From: Kiritimatiellia bacterium
GTDB lineage: Bacteria; Verrucomicrobiota; Kiritimatiellia; RFP12; UBA1067
Direction: 5' to 3'
DNA length: 64,000 nucleotides
Assembly: GCA_045595285.1 (NCBI GenBank)
Contig: JAZOAC010000132.1
Coordinates: 456-64,455, forward strand
The notes beneath the pieces were generated by a model. That model searched no databases. It saw only the letters and a list, made by a program, of their open reading frames with translations, and had not been told where the DNA came from. Of this stretch, positions 8,637-17,209 are shown one piece after another. Each line of letters starts with the position of its first letter. Positions within the stretch are counted from its first letter, which is position 1. The position numbers were made by a program, and so were the translations under genes.

Positions 8637-9698
8637 TCAGGAGGCGGTGGATTCGCGGACGATGAGCGTTGTATCCAGAAGAATCTGCCGCGGCGGCAGA
8701 TCGGGATTCTTTATGCGCTCCAGCAAGGTGCGAAACGCCGTGGTCGCCAGATCGAAGCAGGGTTGACGGATAGAGGTCAAGGCCGGCTTCATCCTGCCGG
8801 CTTCGACAACATCGTCGAAACCGGCAAGCTTGACATCCCGCGGAATGCGCACTTTCAGCCTGGCAAGCGTTCTAGAAAGTTTCAATGCCGCGAGATCGTT
8901 GGAACAGACGATCGCATCCGGGCGATACGCGGCCAATCCGGCAGCTATCAAACCGACATCGGCAGGCTTCGCCTCGATTATATCCACATGTCGGCCGGTG
9001 ACGCGGTAGACTTCCGCGTCCACGCCCGCAAAACGCGCATGAACGCTGTCGGCGCTGAGTTTGTAGAGCAGGCAGCATATCCTTTTCGCCCCCGCATCGA
9101 TCAGATGCGCCGCGACCTTGCGTCCGGCATTGAAGTTGTCGATCGCGACAAGATCGTACTTGCTTCGCGCAGGCGGAGGAAGGATATCGTAGTCTATCAG
9201 AACAACCGGTATGCCAGCTTTGTCGAGTATGTCGGCGATTACCTCGTTTACGCTCTGCGCCTCTTTCGAATAAGCGACCGGCTGCATGATCACGCCTGCC
9301 GCAGGAATCGAAACCAAATGTCGTGCAAGACGTTCCGCCTGTAGACCGCGAGGTTTGTGAGCTACCGGAAACACATCTCCGGCCACAAGATCCATCCCGT
9401 ATTGATTGCAGTTGCAGACTAGGCCTTCCATAACCGCGGAAAAGAACTCCGAATCCGCAGTTCCCGGAATCGCAAGCCCGATTGTGCGGTTCACCTTCGA
9501 CACAAAAGTGCCTGACCCCTTCCGCACCGTGACAAGGCCAAGACGCCTCAGCTCTGCAATGCTGCGCACCGCGCTTGGACGCGAAACACCAAAGCGCCGC
9601 ACTATCTTTGTAAGACTGGGAAACGCGTCGGAATCCGAATAGATACCGGCGTGAATCTCATCGCGCAAAACCTTCGCAATCTCGATATAGTCAATCAT
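8637..9698 (-). CDS. GntR-HTH / LacI-type sugar-binding transcriptional regulator (AraR-like)
   Basis: FPSLTKIVRRFGVSRPSA...RKGSGTFV; C-terminal PDAIVCSND...VRIPRDVKLAGFDD...LTSIRQP...LIVREST. Confidence 0.9.
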   Translation of the reverse strand: MIDYIEIAKVLRDEIHAGIYSDSDAFPSLTKIVRRFGVSRPSAVRSIAELRRLGLVTVRKGSGTFVSKVNRTIGLAIPGTADSEFFSAVMEGLVCNCNQYGMDLVAGDVFPVAHKPRGLQAERLARHLVSIPAAGVIMQPVAYSKEAQSVNEVIADILDKAGIPVVLIDYDILPPPARSKYDLVAIDNFNAGRKVAAHLIDAGAKRICCLLYKLSADSVHARFAGVDAEVYRVTGRHVDIIEAKPADVGLIAAGLAAYRPDAIVCSNDLAALKLSRTLARLKVRIPRDVKLAGFDDVVEAGRMKPALTSIRQPCFDLATTAFRTLLERIKNPDLPPRQILLDTTLIVRESTAS

Positions 9699-9736
9699 CG
9701 CATGAAAAGCACCTAAAACAGACTCTTTACCAATCT

Positions 9737-9808
9737 CAATCAGTCCTCTTTTCTTCCTTTCATTGTCTGGTTGCTGATATGAAAATCAAAAATATCATCT
9801 TACTTCGC
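9737..9808. repeat. TA-cassette 3' repeat, copy 3 (block B plus extension)
   Basis: 72 nt identical to 11033-11104. Confidence 0.92.
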
Positions 9809-9958
9809 AACCGCTCCTTGCATCTGCCCATTGGCAAATTCAGGATGTGTCAAGCGCTGTTCTTCGAGCAATGCATCAAAGAACTCCCTGAACGACTTAT
9901 ATTTAGCCGCTATCGCATCCTTGATCGCCCTCAATTCCTTTGTTGCTTCAGTTTCCAT
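9800..9958 (-). CDS. Small protein (52 aa), paralog of the PIN-associated partner at 11096..11260
   Basis: Manual translation METEATKELRAIKDAIAAKYKSFREFFDALLEEQRLTHPEFANGQMQGAVAK. Below the ORF-track cutoff. Confidence 0.65.
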   Translation of the reverse strand: METEATKELRAIKDAIAAKYKSFREFFDALLEEQRLTHPEFANGQMQGAVAK

Positions 9959-10424
9959 AATCATATTTCTCTATTATTTCCGCTTTCAAAAAACTTATGC
10001 ACTTTAACGCCTCATGCGTACAAAAGCAAATCTGATGCGTCGGATACTTGAATTTTACCAAAGCCCAGAACGCTTCGCGGGAGATTACGCCGCTTACGAA
10101 ATCATTGACGTAATTCCAGACCGTATCATTCGCCATCGGGCCTTCAACGATATCGAAGTTATGTTCTTTCCCGCTGCGGCATTCGGCGATAAAATCGAGC
10201 CATTCATCCGTCATCGCATTGAACTTCTTAACCGACAACCCCTCGATAGTTTCAAATTCGTAATGGTTTATCACCGCGACAAGATTACGGTCTCGCTTCG
10301 CCCAGCGCTCAGCCTGCGCATAATTCGCCGTGCAATAAAACCCGAAACCGAAATCTTTGGCATAAACCGCTTTACGGATTTCAGGCTTTTTAACCTCAAC
10401 ATCACTGGCGTGGTAAAGTATCAT
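9948..10424 (-). CDS. DUF3990 family protein (predicted ADP-ribosyltransferase-like fold, putative toxin)
   Basis: MILYHAS...KDFGFGFYCT...QAERWA...EWLDFIAECR...DIVEGPMAND...HQICF. Confidence 0.8.
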   Translation of the reverse strand: MILYHASDVEVKKPEIRKAVYAKDFGFGFYCTANYAQAERWAKRDRNLVAVINHYEFETIEGLSVKKFNAMTDEWLDFIAECRSGKEHNFDIVEGPMANDTVWNYVNDFVSGVISREAFWALVKFKYPTHQICFCTHEALKCISFLKAEIIEKYDYGN

Positions 10425-10900
10425 TGCAATAACCTCCCCGCCTTATATGATTCCCACTGATAACTCGGGTTTTCAAAATAGACGCCATTGGCGAAATCGG
10501 AGATTTCATCAATGATAAAAGAGCTAAAAACCTTCCGAAACGGAGAGAGCATATCTGCAACGGTGATAATTGGCGCATCAGAGCGCCCCATTTCACTCTC
10601 GATTAGCGTCGAATACACGCGCCCGATTGATGTCGCTGTTGGAATTGAATACTTGCAGTTCGTTATCGTATCATAATCGCCGTTTTTAATTCCACAATCG
10701 GCTATAAGTTCATCCGACACCCTTTCAAACGGCAGGCAGTGATTCAAATCGGCATATTCAAGGTGGTGTTTAAGACAATCGTCATCCATCGCGGCGACAA
10801 TATCGCCGCGCTTATTATTCGTTTTACGCCCGACATACTCTACTAGCGAACAGACATAAAACAAATCATTCTTTTTCTTTTCGTCCAACACAAAACACAT
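10421..10900 (-). CDS. Partner of DUF3990 (DUF3791-like, putative antitoxin)
   Basis: NDLFYVCSLVEYVGRKT...HCLPFERVSDE...IGRVY. 4-nt overlap with DUF3990. Confidence 0.6.
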   Translation of the reverse strand: MCFVLDEKKKNDLFYVCSLVEYVGRKTNNKRGDIVAAMDDDCLKHHLEYADLNHCLPFERVSDELIADCGIKNGDYDTITNCKYSIPTATSIGRVYSTLIESEMGRSDAPIITVADMLSPFRKVFSSFIIDEISDFANGVYFENPSYQWESYKAGRLLQ

Positions 10901-11032
10901 TATAGCACTTTTCTTATTATAATCCCACTATGTGATCCAAACACATTTAAGGAGCTTCTTCCTGCTACTTCCTGTGCGGAAAATCTGTTTTCGCTCCGCC
11001 AAAACGCCACACGCTTCAACGAAACCTTGTTT

Positions 11033-11104
11033 CAATCAGTCCTCTTTTCTTCCTTTCATTGTCTGGTTGCTGATATGAAAATCAAAAATATCATCTTACT
11101 TCGC
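11033..11104. repeat. TA-cassette 3' repeat, copy 4
   Basis: Identical to 9737-9808. Preceded by gttt, as in copy 2. Confidence 0.92.
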
Positions 11105-11260
11105 CGCCGCTTCCATCGTCGGTCCATTGGCAAATTCAGGATGATGTTCTGCCTGATACTTGAGAAGATCTTGAAAATAATCATGAAATGATTTATATCC
11201 AGATGAAAGTTCTTCCTTGATCTTCCAAAGTTCTTCCATTATTTCAGACTTCAATTCCAT
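11096..11260 (-). CDS. Small PIN-associated partner protein (54 aa, putative antitoxin)
   Basis: Manual translation MELKSEIMEELWKIKEELSSGYKSFHDYFQDLLKYQAEHHPEFANGPTMEAAAK. SD GGAGG upstream, 1 nt after the PIN stop. Confidence 0.7.
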   Translation of the reverse strand: MELKSEIMEELWKIKEELSSGYKSFHDYFQDLLKYQAEHHPEFANGPTMEAAAK

Positions 11261-11261
11261 T

Positions 11262-11747
11262 TCATACCTCCTTCATCAATTGTTCGGGCGTACAGATCAA
11301 TGGACACGCAAAACCATTAACCTTGCATGTTTCATATATCTTGGGCATCGTCTCACCATTTGCAATATGTCGACAATTCCATGTGACAAGAAAATCCATC
11401 CTGTTCACAGCCGCTATTGCAATATGAACAGCATCCTCATAACTTGTTCTCGGAACAGCCGTCGCTTCAAGCAATTTCTCTGCCAGATTCTCTGCTTCAG
11501 GTATAATAGGTAATTTCTCCAAACGAGCAACAGCCTCCATCCTTCGAGCGGCAGCATCCGCGTCACCTCTTTGTGCCTCACGCTCTACAAGAACAGAGGA
11601 AAAAAGCTCATAAGACGTCTCGGCATCATCCCACCATTGCTGCGTAGCGACTTGACGGGCAAGATCAACAATATTAAGCGACCGCCGCGCGGTCAGGTTG
11701 CTGACCACGCTCGTTTCGACATAAACTTTTTTCTTTGCTTCCGCCAT
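11262..11747 (-). CDS. PIN-domain (VapC-like) toxin
   Basis: KVYVETSVV...EDAVHIAIA...DFLVTWNCRHIAN...ICTPEQL. Start placed at MAEAKKK. TATAAT at 11773-11778. Confidence 0.88.
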   Translation of the reverse strand: MAEAKKKVYVETSVVSNLTARRSLNIVDLARQVATQQWWDDAETSYELFSSVLVEREAQRGDADAAARRMEAVARLEKLPIIPEAENLAEKLLEATAVPRTSYEDAVHIAIAAVNRMDFLVTWNCRHIANGETMPKIYETCKVNGFACPLICTPEQLMKEV

Positions 11748-12009
11748 ACAATCCTCTCGAAATATCGCTACTATTATACATCTTTTCATTGCCGCACGCA
11801 ACGACGCAGGCCCTCACCGCTCCCGAGGAAAGTTCTACAATGTCGTGAGTCAAATCGGAAAGCCGGATTGTCGAGGTGGAGACAAGAGGCGAAATGGGAA
11901 AACGATAGAGATCGAAAGAGGAGGGAGAAGAGAAAAAGGAAGGTATGCGCCCCCTCGGGGGCATCGCGCCAAAAAAAGGAGACTTGAAAAGGCGGCCTCG
12001 AAACCGGGG

Positions 12010-12910
12010 TTATCTTATCAGCACTTTAAACCCTGTTTCCTTGAACGTCACGGTCAATGTGGATGTGCCCGATCCGGCGTCATCAACAATATCCCGCGAC
12101 ATATGCACCGACACAAGCCCCTGCGGTTTCTTGATGTCTAGCTTGGCAAACACATCGTCTGCGATTTCCGATTTCACGGTCATCACCCCCATCGACAGAG
12201 CCTCCTTTGCACCGGTTGCACCGGACACCAACCGCACCGGAACTTTCGTCATGCCTCCGGCGAGCGACAGGGCAAGCGGCGAGGAAGTCCTGTCGTTTCT
12301 CAATCCGTATGTCTTGAGGGATGCATCATCTGTGTCCATATCAAGCTCAATTGCCACATCAACACCCGTTACGGAGTTGGAGAACACAAGATCAAGTCCA
12401 TTGAACGCATCGGCCGAAAGCGGTTTCAGGACACCGCCCTGAACATAGAGCGTGCGGTTGATGGCATCATCCGGCGGCAGATCCGCAAGCGCACCTTCCG
12501 CATCGAGAAACTTCAACTCGCCGCCCATGGCAAGCGTACCCGCCCCTTGCTTATAGACGCAGCCGTTTACGGTGACCGGCTGCAGAAGCGTCAGCGAATC
12601 TCCCGCTGCCGGCGTTTCAAGCTGAGCTATGCCGGAAAGGAACAACCCGCGGGTCCTATCGGTGAACTCAACCTTGTTTGTGGTGATGAGCCGCGGCATC
12701 TTCGCCCTTCCACCAGAATTTCACCTCGCCATAGCCGCCCTGCCTGTTCATCTGCAAGCGCGTCACCGTAGCCTTGCCGGAGGAAACCTTCATCACCGCC
12801 GCAACGATCTGGTTCGTCATTGCATATATGCCCGCATCAACTGTTGGATATACATTGCTTCCCATACCTCCGAGAATCCGCCGCGAGCCGCGCTCGACAA
12901 ACAGCTTCAC
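12010..12910 (-). pseudogene. 5'-truncated, frameshifted remnant of a large secreted beta-strand-repeat protein ending GFKVLIR
   Basis: 12010..12699 aligns with the C-terminal ~200 aa of 32195..34660 (RGL, KxGxGTL, ADxxxGL, YGxRNxxT, GVMTVxSxIA). 12668..12910 joins it through a frameshift near 12715. No signal peptide. Confidence 0.65.
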
Positions 12911-13093
12911 CCCGAATGCCGCCTACCCCATTGCATTCTTGCGTCCGCCCGATCACACCCATCCCGCCCTTCCAAATCCTCACTACCCAAACGATCAATC
13001 ACAGCAATCAATACCCCGCGCTTCTTCAACGATTCCTACCACCCATTTACCCGATAGGCGCGCCATCAAAAACCATTGCCGAAACACCCAGAT

Positions 13094-13135
13094 GTCATCA
13101 ATTCTCACAAATTATAATTTGTGAGAATTGATGAC
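13094..13135. repeat. Perfect 42-bp palindrome
   Basis: gtcatcaattctcacaaatta|taatttgtgagaattgatgac. Contains the TAA of the ArsR gene at its centre. Confidence 0.95.
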
Positions 13136-13684
13136 CGCAAATTTCAGGAATGCATTGGCGAACCTTTCTTCTTGGGGCACAGCCAAGACGGTTGCATTCA
13201 CCGATAATTTGGCAAAACCAAGGGCCGTCAATTCACCGACAATGCGGTAGCAGGTCTTTATCGGCATGAACGAGCGTTCCGCAAGGACTTCGACAGAAAT
13301 CTCGCCGTCTTTGTTCAGCACTGAAAGAATTGCCGTCTTACGGGCATTGGAGAATGCCGGCAAAACGGCAAGCACCCTATCCTTCCAAGCTGGCGCCTCT
13401 ATGATGCTCTCGAGCTCGTCGACAAGGCGCATAAACTCCCGAGCGCCGTCACGCCGCCGTTCATAGAATACATTCTTGCCGCGCCGCACCGCAACAATGA
13501 ACCCCTGCACATTGAGCATGCGCAGATATTGACTGGTGACCGATTCCTTCTCGTCAACGGCGGCACTTATGTCACTCACCGAAACAGGGTGACTGGAAAG
13601 CATCACCGTACGAAGCATCTCAAGGCGAATCGGATTGTCCAACGCTCGACTCACTCTCCATGGTATAGGTACATATTCTTGCAT
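13112..13684 (-). CDS. Tandem winged-HTH protein, ArsR-like
   Basis: ALDNPIRLEML...SQYLRML...GFIVAVRRGKNVFY, plus a second wHTH AFSNARKTAIL...ISVEVLAE. ATG at 13684. Confidence 0.8.
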   Translation of the reverse strand: MQEYVPIPWRVSRALDNPIRLEMLRTVMLSSHPVSVSDISAAVDEKESVTSQYLRMLNVQGFIVAVRRGKNVFYERRRDGAREFMRLVDELESIIEAPAWKDRVLAVLPAFSNARKTAILSVLNKDGEISVEVLAERSFMPIKTCYRIVGELTALGFAKLSVNATVLAVPQEERFANAFLKFAVINSHKL

Positions 13685-13720
13685 GAAAGAAATTAAACCA
13701 AAACACAGAACCAAACGCAA

Positions 13721-13758
13721 GCTCAATTCTCACAAATTATAATTTGTGAGAATTGAGC
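13721..13758. repeat. Perfect 38-bp palindrome sharing a 32-bp core with 13094-13135
   Basis: gctcaattctcacaaatta|taatttgtgagaattgagc. Confidence 0.95.
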
Positions 13759-14166
13759 ACAGAACGTGAGGGATGACCAGATCCCGAAAATGAGAATTCG
13801 ATTCGGAACAATTCTCTCGCTTCTAATGTAATGAGGCCGCGGGATGATGAGAATATGGTTTGGACTGATTCTCAAGATTACGGTTTCTGAGAGGATTAGC
13901 AAGATTACGGCTCGGACGAAATCTTATGTATCTCTAAAAAAAAAACGCTATTTCACAAAACCACCAGAATCACAAGCGAAATTACCACTCTTTTCAGGGT
14001 CCCACCCCAATTATTCGTTCCCGAATTTCAGGCGGAACGCAAGCGGTTCTTCTTCGGTCTTCCGGAAATCGGCGTCTGCATGTCTCGGACAGGGTGAAAT
14101 TGTCGAGAATGTCAGCGCCGAGCGGGACAAGAATCACCTGAATTGCACAAAAAGCCAACTTGAAAA

Positions 14167-15003
14167 TCACGGCTTCTTCGAGACCTCGACAAACTTACCG
14201 TCCCTCAATTCGAAGAAATCAAGGCGAACACGAGGAGGATTGTTGACAGGATCCTTGCGCCAGGCTCGCATGTTTCCTCCCAGAGCCCGGACTGCAAAAA
14301 ACACTTTTGCATCGGACTTGGCCACGGATTTCGGGAGCATGTCAAAACCTTCGAAGCAGGAGAACGCGACAGTCTCCACTTCCTTCAGATCCCCGGTCAC
14401 ACGAGCCGTGCCGCCATAGCACCCAAAGAAAAGATACTTTCCGTCCGTTGCCATGGTCTGGACGCCGTAACGAATGTCAAATCCAAGATCAAGGTCAACA
14501 TTGTCCTTCTCTGCAAGATCAAGACCCAGACGCTTTACGCAGCACATAGGATGTTTGCCTTTACCCCATCTGTCTACACCGACATAAATGGTGTCGCCAA
14601 GCACTGCTATCCCGTCCAACGCCTCAGGAAACCACCTCTCGTCCAAAACATTGAGGTTTTCATCCCATACACGTACCAGTCCCTGCATGCCGTCTTTGCG
14701 CAGCTTTTTATTGCGTATCACAAAAGCGCCGTATATCTTCCCGTTGGCATAGGCCGTGTCGCCAAGATGGGCAGGAGTCTCAATTGTCTTGATAAGCTTG
14801 CCGTCCCAGCCAATCTTCGCAATGCCAAGCTGATGCGAAAGATACACCCCCTGTTCTGAACAGCATGCCCCCTGGACGTGACCGGCCTTTATGAGCATAT
14901 CCAGTTCATGCGGTACGGTGTATACCGGAGCCATACTGAATCCAGAGAAAACCTGCAGATGCGCAAACAACAGGGTAAACACGACAGCAACTTTACTGTT
15001 CAT
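14167..15003 (-). CDS. Secreted hypothetical protein (possible beta-propeller)
   Basis: Signal peptide MNSKVAVVFTLLFAHLQVFS. Beta-rich repeats such as HLGD, LDGIAV and GVQTMATDG. Confidence 0.65.
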   Translation of the reverse strand: MNSKVAVVFTLLFAHLQVFSGFSMAPVYTVPHELDMLIKAGHVQGACCSEQGVYLSHQLGIAKIGWDGKLIKTIETPAHLGDTAYANGKIYGAFVIRNKKLRKDGMQGLVRVWDENLNVLDERWFPEALDGIAVLGDTIYVGVDRWGKGKHPMCCVKRLGLDLAEKDNVDLDLGFDIRYGVQTMATDGKYLFFGCYGGTARVTGDLKEVETVAFSCFEGFDMLPKSVAKSDAKVFFAVRALGGNMRAWRKDPVNNPPRVRLDFFELRDGKFVEVSKKP

Positions 15004-15055
15004 AATCGCGCGTCCTTCTTTATGGTACACCGCAACCCGATTGCGTATCCTGGAA

Positions 15056-17167
15056 TCATCTTAACACGATTACGGTACCCTTCACATTGATCTTCTCCGG
15101 ATTTCCGACCGTTGAAAACCCAGGATCGCTCTGCATCGCATAATCGGCTGAAACCCAGGCGACATCCGATGGAGCGGCGCGCAGACGCATCTCATCCATC
15201 CAGCCCGGGAATGGGGTGTTGCTGGCGTCGCCCTTGCCCAGAAAAAGAGCGTTCGCAGTATTTGTGGGGGCATAGTTTGCCGATTTGATATGCGTTCCGT
15301 TGATGTACAGAGCCACCCCGCCACCGGAATAGGTTGCTGAAAGATAGACAAAATCATTTGTGCTGTCAAACGCCGTGTTGGCGCACTTCATCTGCTTATT
15401 GCCACTCGGGGTGTGGGTGGCCACATTATACGACAACGGCGATTCCATCAAGGTCAGCTCGAAACTCTGCGCCACGGAAAAGACCCGCGGATTCTTTTCC
15501 CCAAACGGCAAGGCCTTAACCCATGCAGACATTGTGAAGTTGCTTATGTCAAAGGTTTCGTGGTTGATGGGCGTAGTCTCGATATAGTCATAGTCCTGCC
15601 AACGAATTTCCGTACCGTCGCTTTTGTGCGTACCATCTCCGAAAAACGCCGTTCCAATCTTCCCCGGATCGGAAAGTCTGGGTCCCGCCCCGTTCACAGT
15701 TCCATCCATGCCCGCGCCCGACGAGTCCGCCGCCGATCCGGAGAAGTGCCATACGCCTATGTAATTTGCCTGAGACCAAACGGACGTCTCCGGAAGCGCC
15801 TGCGCCGCCGAAGCGTTCGGCCTATAGTACATCCACAGCGTAGATGGCGACGGGACGAACGCATCCAACCGCACCCATACGGTAGATTCGCCTTCCGGAT
15901 TCCAGCAATCAACCTCATGCGGTAGCACAAAGCCGTTATCATCCGTAAAACGCAGATCGTTTTCTGCATCGGCGCATTCGCTGTACACCGGCGAACCTTG
16001 CGGAATGCGTATCAGAACCGGAAACGAATAAAGAATCTTATCTACACCGCTGCCCTTGATTGAAACACTGCATCTGCGGCGGAAATTCTCGGCGTCAATC
16101 AACTGAGTCCTGTCTATGTCCTCCAATTCGCCGACATCGGCAAAATTCGGATCGTTCTGGGTTGCATAGTCAGCCGCCACCCAATCCGCGTTTGACGCAA
16201 CAAATCTCAGACGCATTTCATCCATATAGCCTCTAAAGGAAGAGGCGTATCTGTTTGGATAGCTGCCGAGCCTCAAATCGTTTTCCGACGGCGTCACAGA
16301 GAAACCAGAAGCCTCACGGCCTTCATACTCGCCATTCACATACAGGTCGCAGCCTCCATCCCGGAAGACAGCCGTCAAATAAACATAGTCCACGGTGCAG
16401 TACTTAGTTGTCTCCTTTTTATACTGTTCAGTGGCGCCGACCGCCGTATAGGTATTGGCATTCTTCACCTGCAATCCGAAGCCCGTTGTCTGATTAGACG
16501 GATCGTTTTTGTTGCAAAATACATATCGGGCCCCTTCAATAACCTGGATACCTGATTTAACCCATGCGGACAAAGTGAAATTAGTTCCGTTGAAATCCCC
16601 TGAGTTTATGACTCCGGTTTTGACGCAATCGTTGCCGTCTCCGTAAAATGCAGTGCCGACCTTGCCTCCCGCACTGAAGGACGGCTCGCCCACATTGGTC
16701 GACGCCATTGCGCTGGGCGAGGAGTCCGCCGCCGATCCGGAGAAGTGCCATACGCCGGCATAATTCGATTTGCCCCACACTTCGGTAGATTGTGCAGAAG
16801 ACTGTCCAATGCCGCCGACATACATCACTATTCTGGACGACGCGCCGCCAAGAACCGGTACGTTCACCCAGACCGTCGACTCACCGTCCAGATTCCATAC
16901 GTCAATCTCATGGGGTAGGAGATTCCCGGATGCATCGGCGAAGCAGATGTTTGCGGAATCGCCGGCCGTTGCGGAATGGATGGCCGAATCCGACGGTATG
17001 CGCAACAGAACCGGAAAATCACGAAGCTCCGAACCGCCCGTGTAGCCCGGAAACGTTACATTGCATTTCCAGCGGAACAGCGTCGTATCGACCTTCTCCG
17101 CCTGCGCCTGACGGCAGATTCCCACCGCCGCCAATGCCATGAACACAGCTGCCAATGTTTTCTTCAT
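15056..17167 (-). CDS. Secreted protein with two DUF2341 + LamG/concanavalin-like modules, ending GTVIVLR
   Basis: Signal peptide. FPVLxRIP...LPHExDxWNxxGESTVWV occurs twice, as do GVWHFSGSAADSS and GxMDEMRLR...WVxADYAxQ. Confidence 0.85.
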   Translation of the reverse strand: MKKTLAAVFMALAAVGICRQAQAEKVDTTLFRWKCNVTFPGYTGGSELRDFPVLLRIPSDSAIHSATAGDSANICFADASGNLLPHEIDVWNLDGESTVWVNVPVLGGASSRIVMYVGGIGQSSAQSTEVWGKSNYAGVWHFSGSAADSSPSAMASTNVGEPSFSAGGKVGTAFYGDGNDCVKTGVINSGDFNGTNFTLSAWVKSGIQVIEGARYVFCNKNDPSNQTTGFGLQVKNANTYTAVGATEQYKKETTKYCTVDYVYLTAVFRDGGCDLYVNGEYEGREASGFSVTPSENDLRLGSYPNRYASSFRGYMDEMRLRFVASNADWVAADYATQNDPNFADVGELEDIDRTQLIDAENFRRRCSVSIKGSGVDKILYSFPVLIRIPQGSPVYSECADAENDLRFTDDNGFVLPHEVDCWNPEGESTVWVRLDAFVPSPSTLWMYYRPNASAAQALPETSVWSQANYIGVWHFSGSAADSSGAGMDGTVNGAGPRLSDPGKIGTAFFGDGTHKSDGTEIRWQDYDYIETTPINHETFDISNFTMSAWVKALPFGEKNPRVFSVAQSFELTLMESPLSYNVATHTPSGNKQMKCANTAFDSTNDFVYLSATYSGGGVALYINGTHIKSANYAPTNTANALFLGKGDASNTPFPGWMDEMRLRAAPSDVAWVSADYAMQSDPGFSTVGNPEKINVKGTVIVLR

Positions 17168-17209
17168 AATGATTCTCCGTTTTCATCAGTTCAGGTTGAC
17201 GATAAATAC

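Noticed and set aside
6019-11104. Calling the TA-associated repeats attC sites of an integron
   Set aside because: No RYYYAAC...GTTRRRY ends in the cassette orientation, weak self-complementarity, and no intI in the window. Kept only as integron-like.
11822-11840. gaggaaagtt resembling the RNase P RNA P4 motif
   Set aside because: The matching 3' P4 strand and other conserved elements were not found.
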